A stretch of 64,000 nt of DNA from Planctomycetota bacterium (GTDB taxonomy: Bacteria; Planctomycetota; UBA1135; UBA2386). Of this stretch, positions 30,483 through 39,357 are shown piece after piece. Every line of letters begins with the position of its first letter. Position 1 is the stretch's first letter. Under the pieces are notes generated by a model, which was given only the letters and a program-made list of their open reading frames with translations, was not told the origin of the DNA and did no database searches. Location: assembly GCA_965228735.1 (NCBI GenBank), contig OZ245838.1, positions 2,336,001 through 2,400,000 on the forward strand, read 5' to 3'. Position numbers and translations under genes: made by a program.

Positions 30483-32578
30483 CGCGGGAACGCCTCGGGA
30501 AGGCCCCCGTCGACGGGCAAGACCGCACCGGTCGTCGGCGTTCGCCGGGCCGCGAAGAAAGCGACGGCTTCGCCGACGTGCCGCGGCACGACCGCAGTGC
30601 CAAGCAGCGACCGATCGCGATAGAATTGCCGCAACCCGGCTGCATCGAGCCCGCGGGCGCGCATCCGATCCGGCCCGACCTCCTCCCAAAGCCGGCTCGG
30701 CACCTCGTCGTCCCCGAACACGGCGTCCGCATTGATCGCGTTGCAGCGCACACCGAACTCCGCGAACTCGAGCGCGGCGACGCGCAACAGTTGCAGTGCC
30801 GCCGCCTTGCTCGCGGAATAGGCACCGAACGACTTGCCGGGCGCGAAGACGTTCTTGCTGGCCTGCAGCACGACGCTGCCACCAGTTCCCTGGGCTCGCA
30901 TCACGCGCGCGGCCTGCTGCAGGACGAACATCGTGCTCGTCGCATTGACGTCCAGGACATGCTGAAAGCGCTCCGGATCCATGTCCGCCAGGGACTGCAC
31001 GTGCGCGACGCCGGCGTTGGGCACGACGCAATCGACACCACCGAACTCGCGCACGCATACGCCGAACAGCCGCTCTACCTGCGACCGGTCCGTCAGGTCG
31101 CCGACCGCGGTCACACAACGGTCGCCGTGTACCGCGAATCGTTCGACGGCCTTCGCGAGACGAACTCCATCCACATCCGTAGCGCATACGCAGGCGCCCT
31201 GTTCGAGCAGGACCTCGACGATGCCTCGCCCGATTGCACCCGCGGCACCGGTGACGAACGCGACCTGGCCACGGAGCGGTGGTGACGCGGTCCGCCCGAG
31301 CTTCTTGCGTTCGAGCGGCCAGTATTCCATCTCCGCAAGCTCGGCCTCGGTCAACGGCTCGTACTCCCCGAGCGCCGCCGCGGCCGCTTTCACGCGCACC
31401 GTGTGCTCGGCAACGTCCGCGGCGATGCGCGCGGCCTTTCGATCGGCACCGAACGCCACGAGTCCGACACCTTCGAGCACCACGACGACCGGCTGCGGCG
31501 CGATCATCGCGAATCCCCTGTCGGCCGCGCACTCCTCGAAGTAGCGCTCGTAGTCCTGCTCGAAGCCCCGAACCGCAGCCTCGCAGGCCCGCCGATCGGT
31601 CGCTTCATCGGCACCGAGCACGAGGTAGCGACCCTTGGTGCGAATCACGTGATCTGGCGTGATCGGCCCGAGCGCGCACAGGCGCCGCGCCTCCGGATGC
31701 GCACTGAACGAAGCGACCTCGTCGCCGATCCGGGCCTCCGCCACCACGCGCCGCCAATCCGCGCTACCGTCGACCTCGATCTCGGCGGCGACAGCTCCGC
31801 GCAAGATCGGCAGAATCTGCCGGAGTCGCGCAGCCCGGTCGTCGACCGCCAGCGGAGCAGGCTGGCCACGCAACATCGGCGGCACGCCACCGAGTTCGGC
31901 CTCGAGAAAGCGCTCGGCCCGATCGACCAGCTCGATCATCCGCTCGTAGCTCGTGCGCGCATCGTCGCCGAACGTGAACAACCCGTGCTTCTCGAGCACG
32001 ACACCCTGGCAGTCCGGTTGCGCTTCGACGGCAGCCGCGACGGCCTTGGCCAGCGGAAACCCGGGCATGATCCAGGGCAACACAGCCACATCGTCGCCGA
32101 ACGCCCGCCGCACGAGCTCCCCGCCGTTCGGTTGGTCCGTCAGCGCCAGGATCGCATTCGCATGCGTGTGATCGACGAACCGATGTGGCAGAAACGCGTG
32201 CAGCAGAGCCTCGACGGACGGATTCGGCGCGGCGCTGTCGAGCAACGCCGAACGCACGGCATTGACCATGTCGTCATCGGACAGCGCTTCGAGCGTCCGC
32301 AATTCGAGCAACGGCGCAAGCCGAACTGCAGGCAGCCCAGCGGGCCCGAGATCCGAAAGGTCGCTGCCGCTGCCCTTGACGTGCATGACCTCGATCTCAC
32401 GGCCGACGAGGTCGGTCGCCACCGCCTTGACCGACGTGTTGCCGCCACCGTGGAGGACCAGTTCGGGATCCCGGCCGATCAAGCGCGAGGTGTAGACCCG
32501 CAGCGCGAGCGACTCGGGGACACGCGCAAACTCGTCGCAACAAGCCTGGGCATCGGCGTCGTTCCAGCGGCTCTGCAT
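30479..32578 (-). CDS. bifunctional class II aldolase/short-chain dehydrogenase (rhamnulose-1-phosphate aldolase/SDR type)
   Basis: LVLHGGGNTSVK, VKGSG, PSVEALLHAFLP, DHTH, EYWPLE, TGAAGAIG, AYSASKAA, VDGG. Confidence 0.92.
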   Translation of the reverse strand: MQSRWNDADAQACCDEFARVPESLALRVYTSRLIGRDPELVLHGGGNTSVKAVATDLVGREIEVMHVKGSGSDLSDLGPAGLPAVRLAPLLELRTLEALSDDDMVNAVRSALLDSAAPNPSVEALLHAFLPHRFVDHTHANAILALTDQPNGGELVRRAFGDDVAVLPWIMPGFPLAKAVAAAVEAQPDCQGVVLEKHGLFTFGDDARTSYERMIELVDRAERFLEAELGGVPPMLRGQPAPLAVDDRAARLRQILPILRGAVAAEIEVDGSADWRRVVAEARIGDEVASFSAHPEARRLCALGPITPDHVIRTKGRYLVLGADEATDRRACEAAVRGFEQDYERYFEECAADRGFAMIAPQPVVVVLEGVGLVAFGADRKAARIAADVAEHTVRVKAAAAALGEYEPLTEAELAEMEYWPLERKKLGRTASPPLRGQVAFVTGAAGAIGRGIVEVLLEQGACVCATDVDGVRLAKAVERFAVHGDRCVTAVGDLTDRSQVERLFGVCVREFGGVDCVVPNAGVAHVQSLADMDPERFQHVLDVNATSTMFVLQQAARVMRAQGTGGSVVLQASKNVFAPGKSFGAYSASKAAALQLLRVAALEFAEFGVRCNAINADAVFGDDEVPSRLWEEVGPDRMRARGLDAAGLRQFYRDRSLLGTAVVPRHVGEAVAFFAARRTPTTGAVLPVDGGLPEAFPR

Positions 32579-32759
32579 CAGCAGCGGACGTTAGCGGTCG
32601 AGCAAACGCAACGCGACCGACCTTCGTCGTCCAAACAAGGGTGCTGGGTTGAATGTGGATCCTCGACTCGAGGCCGCGATCCGGTGCGGGCGTGAGTGTG
32701 GATACGACCGCGGCCGTTGGTTCACCCGCTGAGCCGCGGTGGCCATTACCCGAGCGGAC

Positions 32760-33716
32760 TCAGCGCGCGCGCATCCAGTGGAGCAGATCGGTCAGATCGG
32801 TCGGCATCTCGACCTCGAACTCGATCTCCTCCTGCGTCTGCGGATGCGGCAACGCCAGGCGCAGCGCATGCAGACAATGGCGGCCGGGATGCGGGGCTTC
32901 GGCCGGCAGTTCGACGTGCTGACGGCGGCGACTGCGATACACCCGATCGCCGACGAGCGAGTGTCCGAGCGCCGTCATGTGCACGCGGATCTGGTGCGTC
33001 CGACCGGTCTTCGGACGGCATGCCACCAGCGCGAACTCGCCGAACCGCTCGAGGACTTCGTAGAACGTCGCAGCCTCACGACCGCCCTCGTCCACCACGG
33101 TCATCCGGTCCGGATGCCGCGGATCGGTGCCGATCGACCGTTCGATCCAATCCGACTGAAAGCGTGGTTCGCCGAAAACGATGGCGCGGTACTCCTTGCG
33201 CGCGGTCCGCGCCCGGAATTGCGCCCGCAGCGCGTCCAGCGCCGCCTGATTCCGCGCCAGCACCATGACGCCGGACGTGTCGCGATCGAGCCGGTGAACG
33301 ATGCCCGGCCGTTCGGCCTCCGGCACGGTCGGCAAGTCGGGGTAGCGGGCGCGCGCCCAGCTGGCGACCGTGTGCTCGCAAAACCGCCGGCTCTCCGGCG
33401 GATGCACGGCGATGCCCGCGGGCTTGTCGATCGCGACCATCCAGGCGTCCTCGTAGAGCACCCGGATGGCGGGCGGGTCGCCGGGCGGATCGAGCGGGTC
33501 GCGCACCGCTTCTTCGACCAACTCGAAAACCACGGTTTGCCCGCGCTTCAGCGCCAGACTCGGCCGAACCCGCTCATCGCCCACGTGCACGAGCCCCTCG
33601 TCGAGCAGTCGGCGCGCTGCCCCGCGCCCCTGGACTTCGGGCTGCTGGGCCAAGAACACGTCGAGCCGCATGCCATCGTCCTTGACTCCGACCTGGCGCG
33701 ACAAGGAAGAACCCAT
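32760..33716 (-). CDS. RluA/RluD-family 23S rRNA pseudouridine synthase with S4 domain
   Basis: RLDVFLA (S4), DKPAG, RPGIVHRLDRDTSG, TGRTHQIRVHM, LHALRL. Confidence 0.93.
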   Translation of the reverse strand: MGSSLSRQVGVKDDGMRLDVFLAQQPEVQGRGAARRLLDEGLVHVGDERVRPSLALKRGQTVVFELVEEAVRDPLDPPGDPPAIRVLYEDAWMVAIDKPAGIAVHPPESRRFCEHTVASWARARYPDLPTVPEAERPGIVHRLDRDTSGVMVLARNQAALDALRAQFRARTARKEYRAIVFGEPRFQSDWIERSIGTDPRHPDRMTVVDEGGREAATFYEVLERFGEFALVACRPKTGRTHQIRVHMTALGHSLVGDRVYRSRRRQHVELPAEAPHPGRHCLHALRLALPHPQTQEEIEFEVEMPTDLTDLLHWMRAR

Positions 33717-33910
33717 GGCTGGATTCTGCGCGAACCGCACGGCATTTGCAGCAACCGGAATTGGGCGAGCCGATGGGTGAAACCGAGAACATTCGACCGC
33801 AAGACCATTGCGTTGGTGGAAAACCCGTGGAGACTTCTGGCAACCTCTCTCCACAACCGCCCGGTGCCACGGGCAACTTCGTCCCACGAACGGGATCTTG
33901 TGACTCGACC

Positions 33911-35020
33911 ATGAGACCACTTGACGCCTCCCCCCATGCCGCCGCGGAGAATCTAGCGCTCGATCCACCGAATGAGTGGACGCCGAACGAACTCCCCGGC
34001 AAGTGGCAGAACCCCGGCTTGCTGCCCGGCCATCAGCGCGTGCTGTTGGTCGACGACGAGCCCGACGTTCTTCGCAGCCTGCACGCCACGCTGGCAAGCG
34101 CCGGCTTCCGCGTCACCTGCACGGGCAACCTCGAACGCGCACGCGCCCACCTCCAGCAACAGACGTTCGACCTGGTGGTCACGGACCTCTACCTCGGCGA
34201 GACGCAGCTCGGTTCGGATCTCGCCGCAGCCGCCGCGACGTGTCGTTCGCAGCCACCGGTGATCGTGCTCACGGGTCGCCCCAGTTTCGGCGGTGCCCAG
34301 GAAGCTCTGCGGCGCAACGTCGCCGACATGGTCGTCAAACCGGTCGATCCGCAAACATTGCTCACGACCTGCCGTCGCGTGATCCTCGAAACGGGCCTCG
34401 CCCGGCGCAATGCCGAGCTCGAGACGGCCAACCACGTCCTCAGCACCGTGCTCCCGCGCACGATCGAGATGAAGGACCCGACCACGAGCGGGCACGCCGA
34501 ACGCGTCGTCGGCTATACGGACACGCTGGCGGAGCATCTGCGCGTGAACGACGAAGACCGCGCGTCCCTGCGCCTCGCGGCACTGCTGCACGACATCGGC
34601 AAGATCGGTGTCCCGGATTCGATCCTGACCAAGCCCGGCCCGCTCACGGCGGACGAGATGGACGTCGTGCGCCGCCACCCGCGGATGGGCTACGAGGTGC
34701 TCTCGTCGCTCGAGGGCCAGGACAACGTGCGCCAATGGGTCTACCAGCATCATGAGCGCTGGGACGGCAAGGGCTACCCCAACGGCCTCGCCGGCGACGA
34801 GGTCGCCCTGCCAGGCCGGATCCTCGTGCTCGCCGAGGTCTACGACGCGCTCGCCGAAGAGCGCAGCTACAAGCCGGCGTGGCCCGTCGAGAAGATCATC
34901 GCGTTCTTCCGCGATCAGGCCGGCCGCCAGTTCGACCCCGAACTCGCGAAGTTCGTCGCGGCGGGCCTCGAGAAGCTGGGTAAGCGCTTCTTCGCAAAGC
35001 ACTCGGACATGCTGTTCTGA
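33911..35020 (+). CDS. response regulator with HD-GYP domain (putative c-di-GMP phosphodiesterase)
   Basis: REC: VLLVDDE, LVVTDL, KP. HD-GYP: GHAERV, LLHDIGK, HHERWDGKGYP, RSYK. Confidence 0.9.
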   Translation: MRPLDASPHAAAENLALDPPNEWTPNELPGKWQNPGLLPGHQRVLLVDDEPDVLRSLHATLASAGFRVTCTGNLERARAHLQQQTFDLVVTDLYLGETQLGSDLAAAAATCRSQPPVIVLTGRPSFGGAQEALRRNVADMVVKPVDPQTLLTTCRRVILETGLARRNAELETANHVLSTVLPRTIEMKDPTTSGHAERVVGYTDTLAEHLRVNDEDRASLRLAALLHDIGKIGVPDSILTKPGPLTADEMDVVRRHPRMGYEVLSSLEGQDNVRQWVYQHHERWDGKGYPNGLAGDEVALPGRILVLAEVYDALAEERSYKPAWPVEKIIAFFRDQAGRQFDPELAKFVAAGLEKLGKRFFAKHSDMLF

Positions 35021-35485
35021 CCTCGAGGCGCCCGTCCGAGCGCAGTCGCCAGACTCGTCACAGCGACCCCGCATCGCTACCCGCCTGGGTCCACACGCAA
35101 CCCAACACCCAGGCTCGCCCCGAGAATCCACACCCGAAGCAGCATGCGGTTCGGGCCAGCGATCCACACCCGTGCCAGCGGTCCGGGCGCCGACAAGCCC
35201 AACATCCAAGCCAGCACCCGACCTGAAGCGGAAAAACGCGGGCGACCGCGGAGCGAAGAACCCTGTAACCGCCGTACTGCGGACAGTTACGGCGCCCACC
35301 GCGCTCGACTCAACCGGGGCGTTGCACGCTGACGCCAGAGCCGGATAATCGGTGGTTTCCAGGCTTTCGATCCTGACCCGACCGGTGGTATCGGGATCGC
35401 AACCCTGAGACCCCTCCGCGCACCGGCGTCCGCCAGCCCCCTCCGGCCGCTGCCTGCGTGATTCGCAACCCCAACCCGGAATTCG

Positions 35486-37462
35486 ATGCACTCGATCCCG
35501 CTGCGATTCGCGACCACCCTCTCCGCTTCCGTCCTCGGCCTGGCGGCAACATCAACCTGCCAGGGACCGACGCCCGCCCCTAGCGGCGATGACCTGCCGT
35601 ACGTCGGCCTGCCTACGTTCCTTCGCGAAGTCCCCGGCGGCTCCGTGACAATGGGGCTCACCACCGACCAGTTGTTCCACGCAGCGTGCCAGGTCTCGTT
35701 CCCGCGCCGCCCCGACAAGGCGCTCGAAGTCGCCGAGAAGAACGTCGAAACGGCGATGCGGCGGTCGCTCTCGATGCTCGGCCGCCAGCAGGTCGACGTC
35801 GACACGTTTCTCCTCGCGGAGTGGCCCGTCAAGAACAGCGAATACGAAGTGTTCGTTGCTCTTTCGCGCGCCGAGGGCACGAGCCTCGCGCCGGTGAAGC
35901 CGCCGTTCGGCTGGTGGCGGTACGGCCGCAAGGACGACTACGAGAAGCGGCTCAAGGAGATCAACAAGATGTTCCCGGGCAACAAGGATGGCGCCCGCCT
36001 CTACTGGGAGCAGAAGGGTCACGAACTGCCGTACAAGCTGGAAGACGGGGACGGCAATTCGATCGCCGACCACCCGGTCACCTACATCTCATACAGCGAC
36101 GCGAACCGATTCGCCGCGTGGCTGGGAATGCGCCTTCCGAACGAGGCCGAGTGGACGCGCGCCGCTCGCGGAGATGGCACGCATACGTGGCCGTGGGGCA
36201 ACCAGGGCAAGGAAGCCGATGTGTATTCGGAACCCGGGTCGCTCGAAGCTCTCGAGATCTTCCGCTCCCAAGACCAGGTGTCCAAGCCCGTGGGCGCAGT
36301 CAAGGCTGCGATCGGCCCGTACGGCCACACCGACCTGTTCGGCAACGTGTGGCAGCTCGTCGCCGAGAACCGGCTCTACCCGATCAACGGCACGGACACG
36401 TTCGCGGCCGAATGGAAGGTTCTGCAGAAGACCAAGACGGTAAAGGAGATCGTCTCGACACCGCCGCTCTGGAAGGACCTTGCGGCAGTCGCGAAGGGCG
36501 GCTCCTACCTCTCCAAGGGTGAGCCGATCCAGCTCCTGATCGACCAGCGGGCGCCGCTCCATCTCGATGACAGCCTCGAGAGCGTCGGCATCCGCCTCGC
36601 GAAGAGCCTGCGCCCGGGCTACGACACGCTCTACTCGCTGCTGCGCGGCGTCTACAACAGGAACCGCATCCTGCCGGACCAGGAACCGAACCTCGACCAG
36701 CAGTTCGGCGCCGAACGCTACGATCTCGGTGAGAACGGCTTCCCGAAGGGCTACAGCACGGTCTCGTTCGCCCCGATGAACTGGCTGGAGAAGGGCAAGA
36801 GCGGCAATCTGCGGAAGATGATGGAGGGCAGCTACCGCCGCCCGCTCGTCCTCGGCACGCTCGTGACGACGGTCAAGATCAACGCCGGCGACCTCAAGGG
36901 CGAGATCTTCACCGTGCTCTACCGCGATGCCGGCCAGCCGCGCGAACTGACCGACGCGATCAAGAAGGGCTACCGGATCGTGCAGGCCGAGCTCAAGGCG
37001 GCCGAGCGCCGCAAGAAGGCCGGCCTCGACGAGAAGGAAGACGACAAGAAGAAGGACGACAAGAAGGACAAGAAGAAGGAGGACGACAGCTGGAAGGTCG
37101 TCATCAAGCGCTACGGCCTCACGGAAAAGGACCTCGAGCCGAAGGAGGCCAAGAACGGTCTCGACTTCGTCCGCATGGACCTCGTGAAGATTGCCACGGA
37201 CAAGCCGGCCTTCCTGCTCCAGGGCAACGAGGGCCGCATCGTCGCGTCGATCCCCGCCCCCATGGCCAAGGCGAGTGCCGGCAAGCCCGAAGCCAACATG
37301 TTCGAGTTCAAGACGGACAAGGACGGCAAGGCCGTGGCCGTCATGACCTTCGGCATTCCGTTGGTGGACAAGCGTCAGGACCGCGTCGCCAAGTTCGTGT
37401 TCGAGCTGCCGCTCGCGAGCGAGGCGCCGACCGCCGAGAAGCCCTGGCGCATGTCCAAGTGA
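35486..37462 (+). CDS. exported FGE-sulfatase/SUMF1-like domain protein
   Basis: Signal peptide; HPVTYISYSDA, RLPNEAEW, WPWG, DLFGNVWQ, KGGSY, GIRLA. Confidence 0.82.
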   Translation: MHSIPLRFATTLSASVLGLAATSTCQGPTPAPSGDDLPYVGLPTFLREVPGGSVTMGLTTDQLFHAACQVSFPRRPDKALEVAEKNVETAMRRSLSMLGRQQVDVDTFLLAEWPVKNSEYEVFVALSRAEGTSLAPVKPPFGWWRYGRKDDYEKRLKEINKMFPGNKDGARLYWEQKGHELPYKLEDGDGNSIADHPVTYISYSDANRFAAWLGMRLPNEAEWTRAARGDGTHTWPWGNQGKEADVYSEPGSLEALEIFRSQDQVSKPVGAVKAAIGPYGHTDLFGNVWQLVAENRLYPINGTDTFAAEWKVLQKTKTVKEIVSTPPLWKDLAAVAKGGSYLSKGEPIQLLIDQRAPLHLDDSLESVGIRLAKSLRPGYDTLYSLLRGVYNRNRILPDQEPNLDQQFGAERYDLGENGFPKGYSTVSFAPMNWLEKGKSGNLRKMMEGSYRRPLVLGTLVTTVKINAGDLKGEIFTVLYRDAGQPRELTDAIKKGYRIVQAELKAAERRKKAGLDEKEDDKKKDDKKDKKKEDDSWKVVIKRYGLTEKDLEPKEAKNGLDFVRMDLVKIATDKPAFLLQGNEGRIVASIPAPMAKASAGKPEANMFEFKTDKDGKAVAVMTFGIPLVDKRQDRVAKFVFELPLASEAPTAEKPWRMSK

Positions 37463-37480
37463 GCGGGTATCCACGCCCTC

Positions 37481-38047
37481 GTGGAACACCCAGCACACCC
37501 GGATAGCAAAGTCGAGATCCACGAGAAGGCCCGCGCGGCCTTCTCGTTCCAGGACTACAGCGGCTCACGCCGTATCGACGGCGTCGAGGTCGTCGAGTTG
37601 AAGCGGTTCAACGACGACGGCGGCGCGATCACGGAACTGGCCCGGCTGACATCCGGCCAGCACGCCGAACTCGCGGGGTTCGAGTGCCGGCAGATGAACT
37701 ACTCGGAAATGGAGCCGGGGGTCATCAAGGCGTTCCACATGCACCACCGGCAGACCGACGTGTGGTACGTGCCGCCGAGCGACCGGCTGCTGCTCGTGCT
37801 CCACGACTGCCGAACCGGCTCGCCGACGGAAGGCGACACGATGCGGTTCATGCTCGGTGACGGGAAAGATCGGCTGGTCCGCATCCCGCCGGGCGTCGCG
37901 CACGGTGCGCGCAACATCGGCCAGTCCACGGGCCGGATCATCTACATGGTGGACGTGCAGTTCGACCCGAACCCGGGCGAGTGCGACGAAGGCCGGCTGC
38001 CGTGGGACTACCTAGGCGGCGAGATCTGGGAGATCGTCCGCGGCTGA
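37481..38047 (+). CDS. dTDP-4-dehydrorhamnose 3,5-epimerase-like cupin
   Basis: IDGVEV, DDGG, PGVIKAFHMH, DCRTGSPT, IPPGVAHG. Confidence 0.82.
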   Translation: MEHPAHPDSKVEIHEKARAAFSFQDYSGSRRIDGVEVVELKRFNDDGGAITELARLTSGQHAELAGFECRQMNYSEMEPGVIKAFHMHHRQTDVWYVPPSDRLLLVLHDCRTGSPTEGDTMRFMLGDGKDRLVRIPPGVAHGARNIGQSTGRIIYMVDVQFDPNPGECDEGRLPWDYLGGEIWEIVRG

Positions 38048-38049
38048 GG

Positions 38050-39357
38050 CCGCTGGTTCGAGTGTGGATCGGCGCTGGCGCCCGCCGAACGAGCTGTAAC
38101 CAAGCGCCTTCGCGCAAGCACTGGACTCCTGCCCGGGCAACTCCTCGGGCGGAGATCCAGCCTTGCACTTCACACCACCGCGCTGCCCGAACACAGCCTG
38201 CAGCCAATTCACCGCTCCGCGCGCACGGTTCTATGTGCGCCACGGCTCCTACCGACCGCGCTGCCGGACCGAGCCCGTGCCTCGATTCCGATGCAAGAGT
38301 TGCCGGCGCACGTTCTCGAGGCAGACGTTCCGCCACGACTACCGCGACCGGCGACCGGAATGCAACGTCACGCTGTACGACATGCTCACGAGCGGAGCCG
38401 GGCTGCGACAGTGCGGGCGCAAGCTTGGCCTCGACATCCACAGCGTGCAGAGCAAGTTCTGGAAGGTCGCGCAGACCTGCCGCTTGCTGCACCGCAACCT
38501 CTGTCGCTCGCTGCCCGCTGACCGCACGTATCTGTTCGATGAAGAGGAGACCTACGAGCAGTCGTCGATCAACCGGCTGACGATGCCCGTGATGATCGAG
38601 GGGCAGTCCTTCTTCGTCATCTCGGCACTCCCCGGCCCGATCCGCAGACTCGCCCCGCCGGGCACCGCTCGCCGCCACCGGCAAGATCGCGCCGAACGGC
38701 GCCGTGGCCAACGCCGAGACCGCAGCCGGCGCTGCGTTGCCGCGGTTCTCGCCCACCTGAAACAACTCGCGCCGACCACCAGCCGCCTCACGCTTCGCAC
38801 CGACGAAAAGGCGTCGTACGCCTCGTTGATCGCAGCGACGTTCGGCAGATTGGCCGTGCACGAGACGACCTCGTCGAGACTCGCGCGTGGCACCTTCAAT
38901 CCACTGCACGCCATCAATCTGACCATCGCCATGGCGCGCGACAACTGCGGTCGACTACGGCGCAAGTCGTGGCTCACGAGCAAGAAGAGGCGGTATCTGC
39001 GCGCCCACATGCATCTGTTCATCGCGTTCCGCAACTACGAGAGGCCCCGCCGAAACCACGACGACCACACGCTGACGCCGGCCGTCGAACTCGGCGTGCT
39101 GGATCGCCCCCTGCGCCCGGAAGCCATCCTGTCATGGCGCCAGGACTGGGGCTCCCGCAGCCTCCACCCCACGGCCTACGAACCACTCGAAGCGGTGGCG
39201 TAACCGCCGGCAACCAGAGCCAACCAAGACTCCGCGCGCGCCCGAGTGGGCATCCCACCCCGGCTGAATCTTGCGGTTGGCGAGACGCGAGACCAGTCCG
39301 CGCCCGCCGGCTCACACCCATGAACCATCAGCGCTGGATCCACACGCAAGCCATCAG
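38050..39357. mobile_element. IS1-like element bounded by imperfect inverted motif copies, no target-site duplication seen
   Basis: Left end CCGCTGGTTCGAGTGTGGATC (38050-38070) and right end GATCCACACGCAAGCCATCAG (39337-39357) flank the transposase ORF; 1308 bp. Confidence 0.65.
38163..39203 (+). CDS. IS1-like transposase (Zn finger + HTH + RNase H-like DD[E/N] domain)
   Basis: CPNTAC...RFRCKSCRRTFS (InsA-like), GLRQCGRKLGL (HTH), FDEEETY, TDEKASY, AINLTIAMARDNCGRLRRKSWLTSKK (InsB-like). GGAG RBS before TTG. Confidence 0.8.
   Translation: MHFTPPRCPNTACSQFTAPRARFYVRHGSYRPRCRTEPVPRFRCKSCRRTFSRQTFRHDYRDRRPECNVTLYDMLTSGAGLRQCGRKLGLDIHSVQSKFWKVAQTCRLLHRNLCRSLPADRTYLFDEEETYEQSSINRLTMPVMIEGQSFFVISALPGPIRRLAPPGTARRHRQDRAERRRGQRRDRSRRCVAAVLAHLKQLAPTTSRLTLRTDEKASYASLIAATFGRLAVHETTSSRLARGTFNPLHAINLTIAMARDNCGRLRRKSWLTSKKRRYLRAHMHLFIAFRNYERPRRNHDDHTLTPAVELGVLDRPLRPEAILSWRQDWGSRSLHPTAYEPLEAVA

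Noticed and set aside
33812..33856. DnaA-box-like cluster (GGTGGAAAA, CGTGGAGAC, CTCTCCACA)
   Set aside because: Only 6-8 of 9 matches; cannot be distinguished from chance or another operator.
35090..35217. Possible CRISPR array
   Set aside because: Repeats are ~19 bp and divergent, linkers only 17-18 bp, no cas genes; kept as a motif array instead.
35486..37462. Diversity-generating retroelement target (FGE/CLec fold)
   Set aside because: No reverse transcriptase and no template/variable repeat pair differing at adenines was seen.
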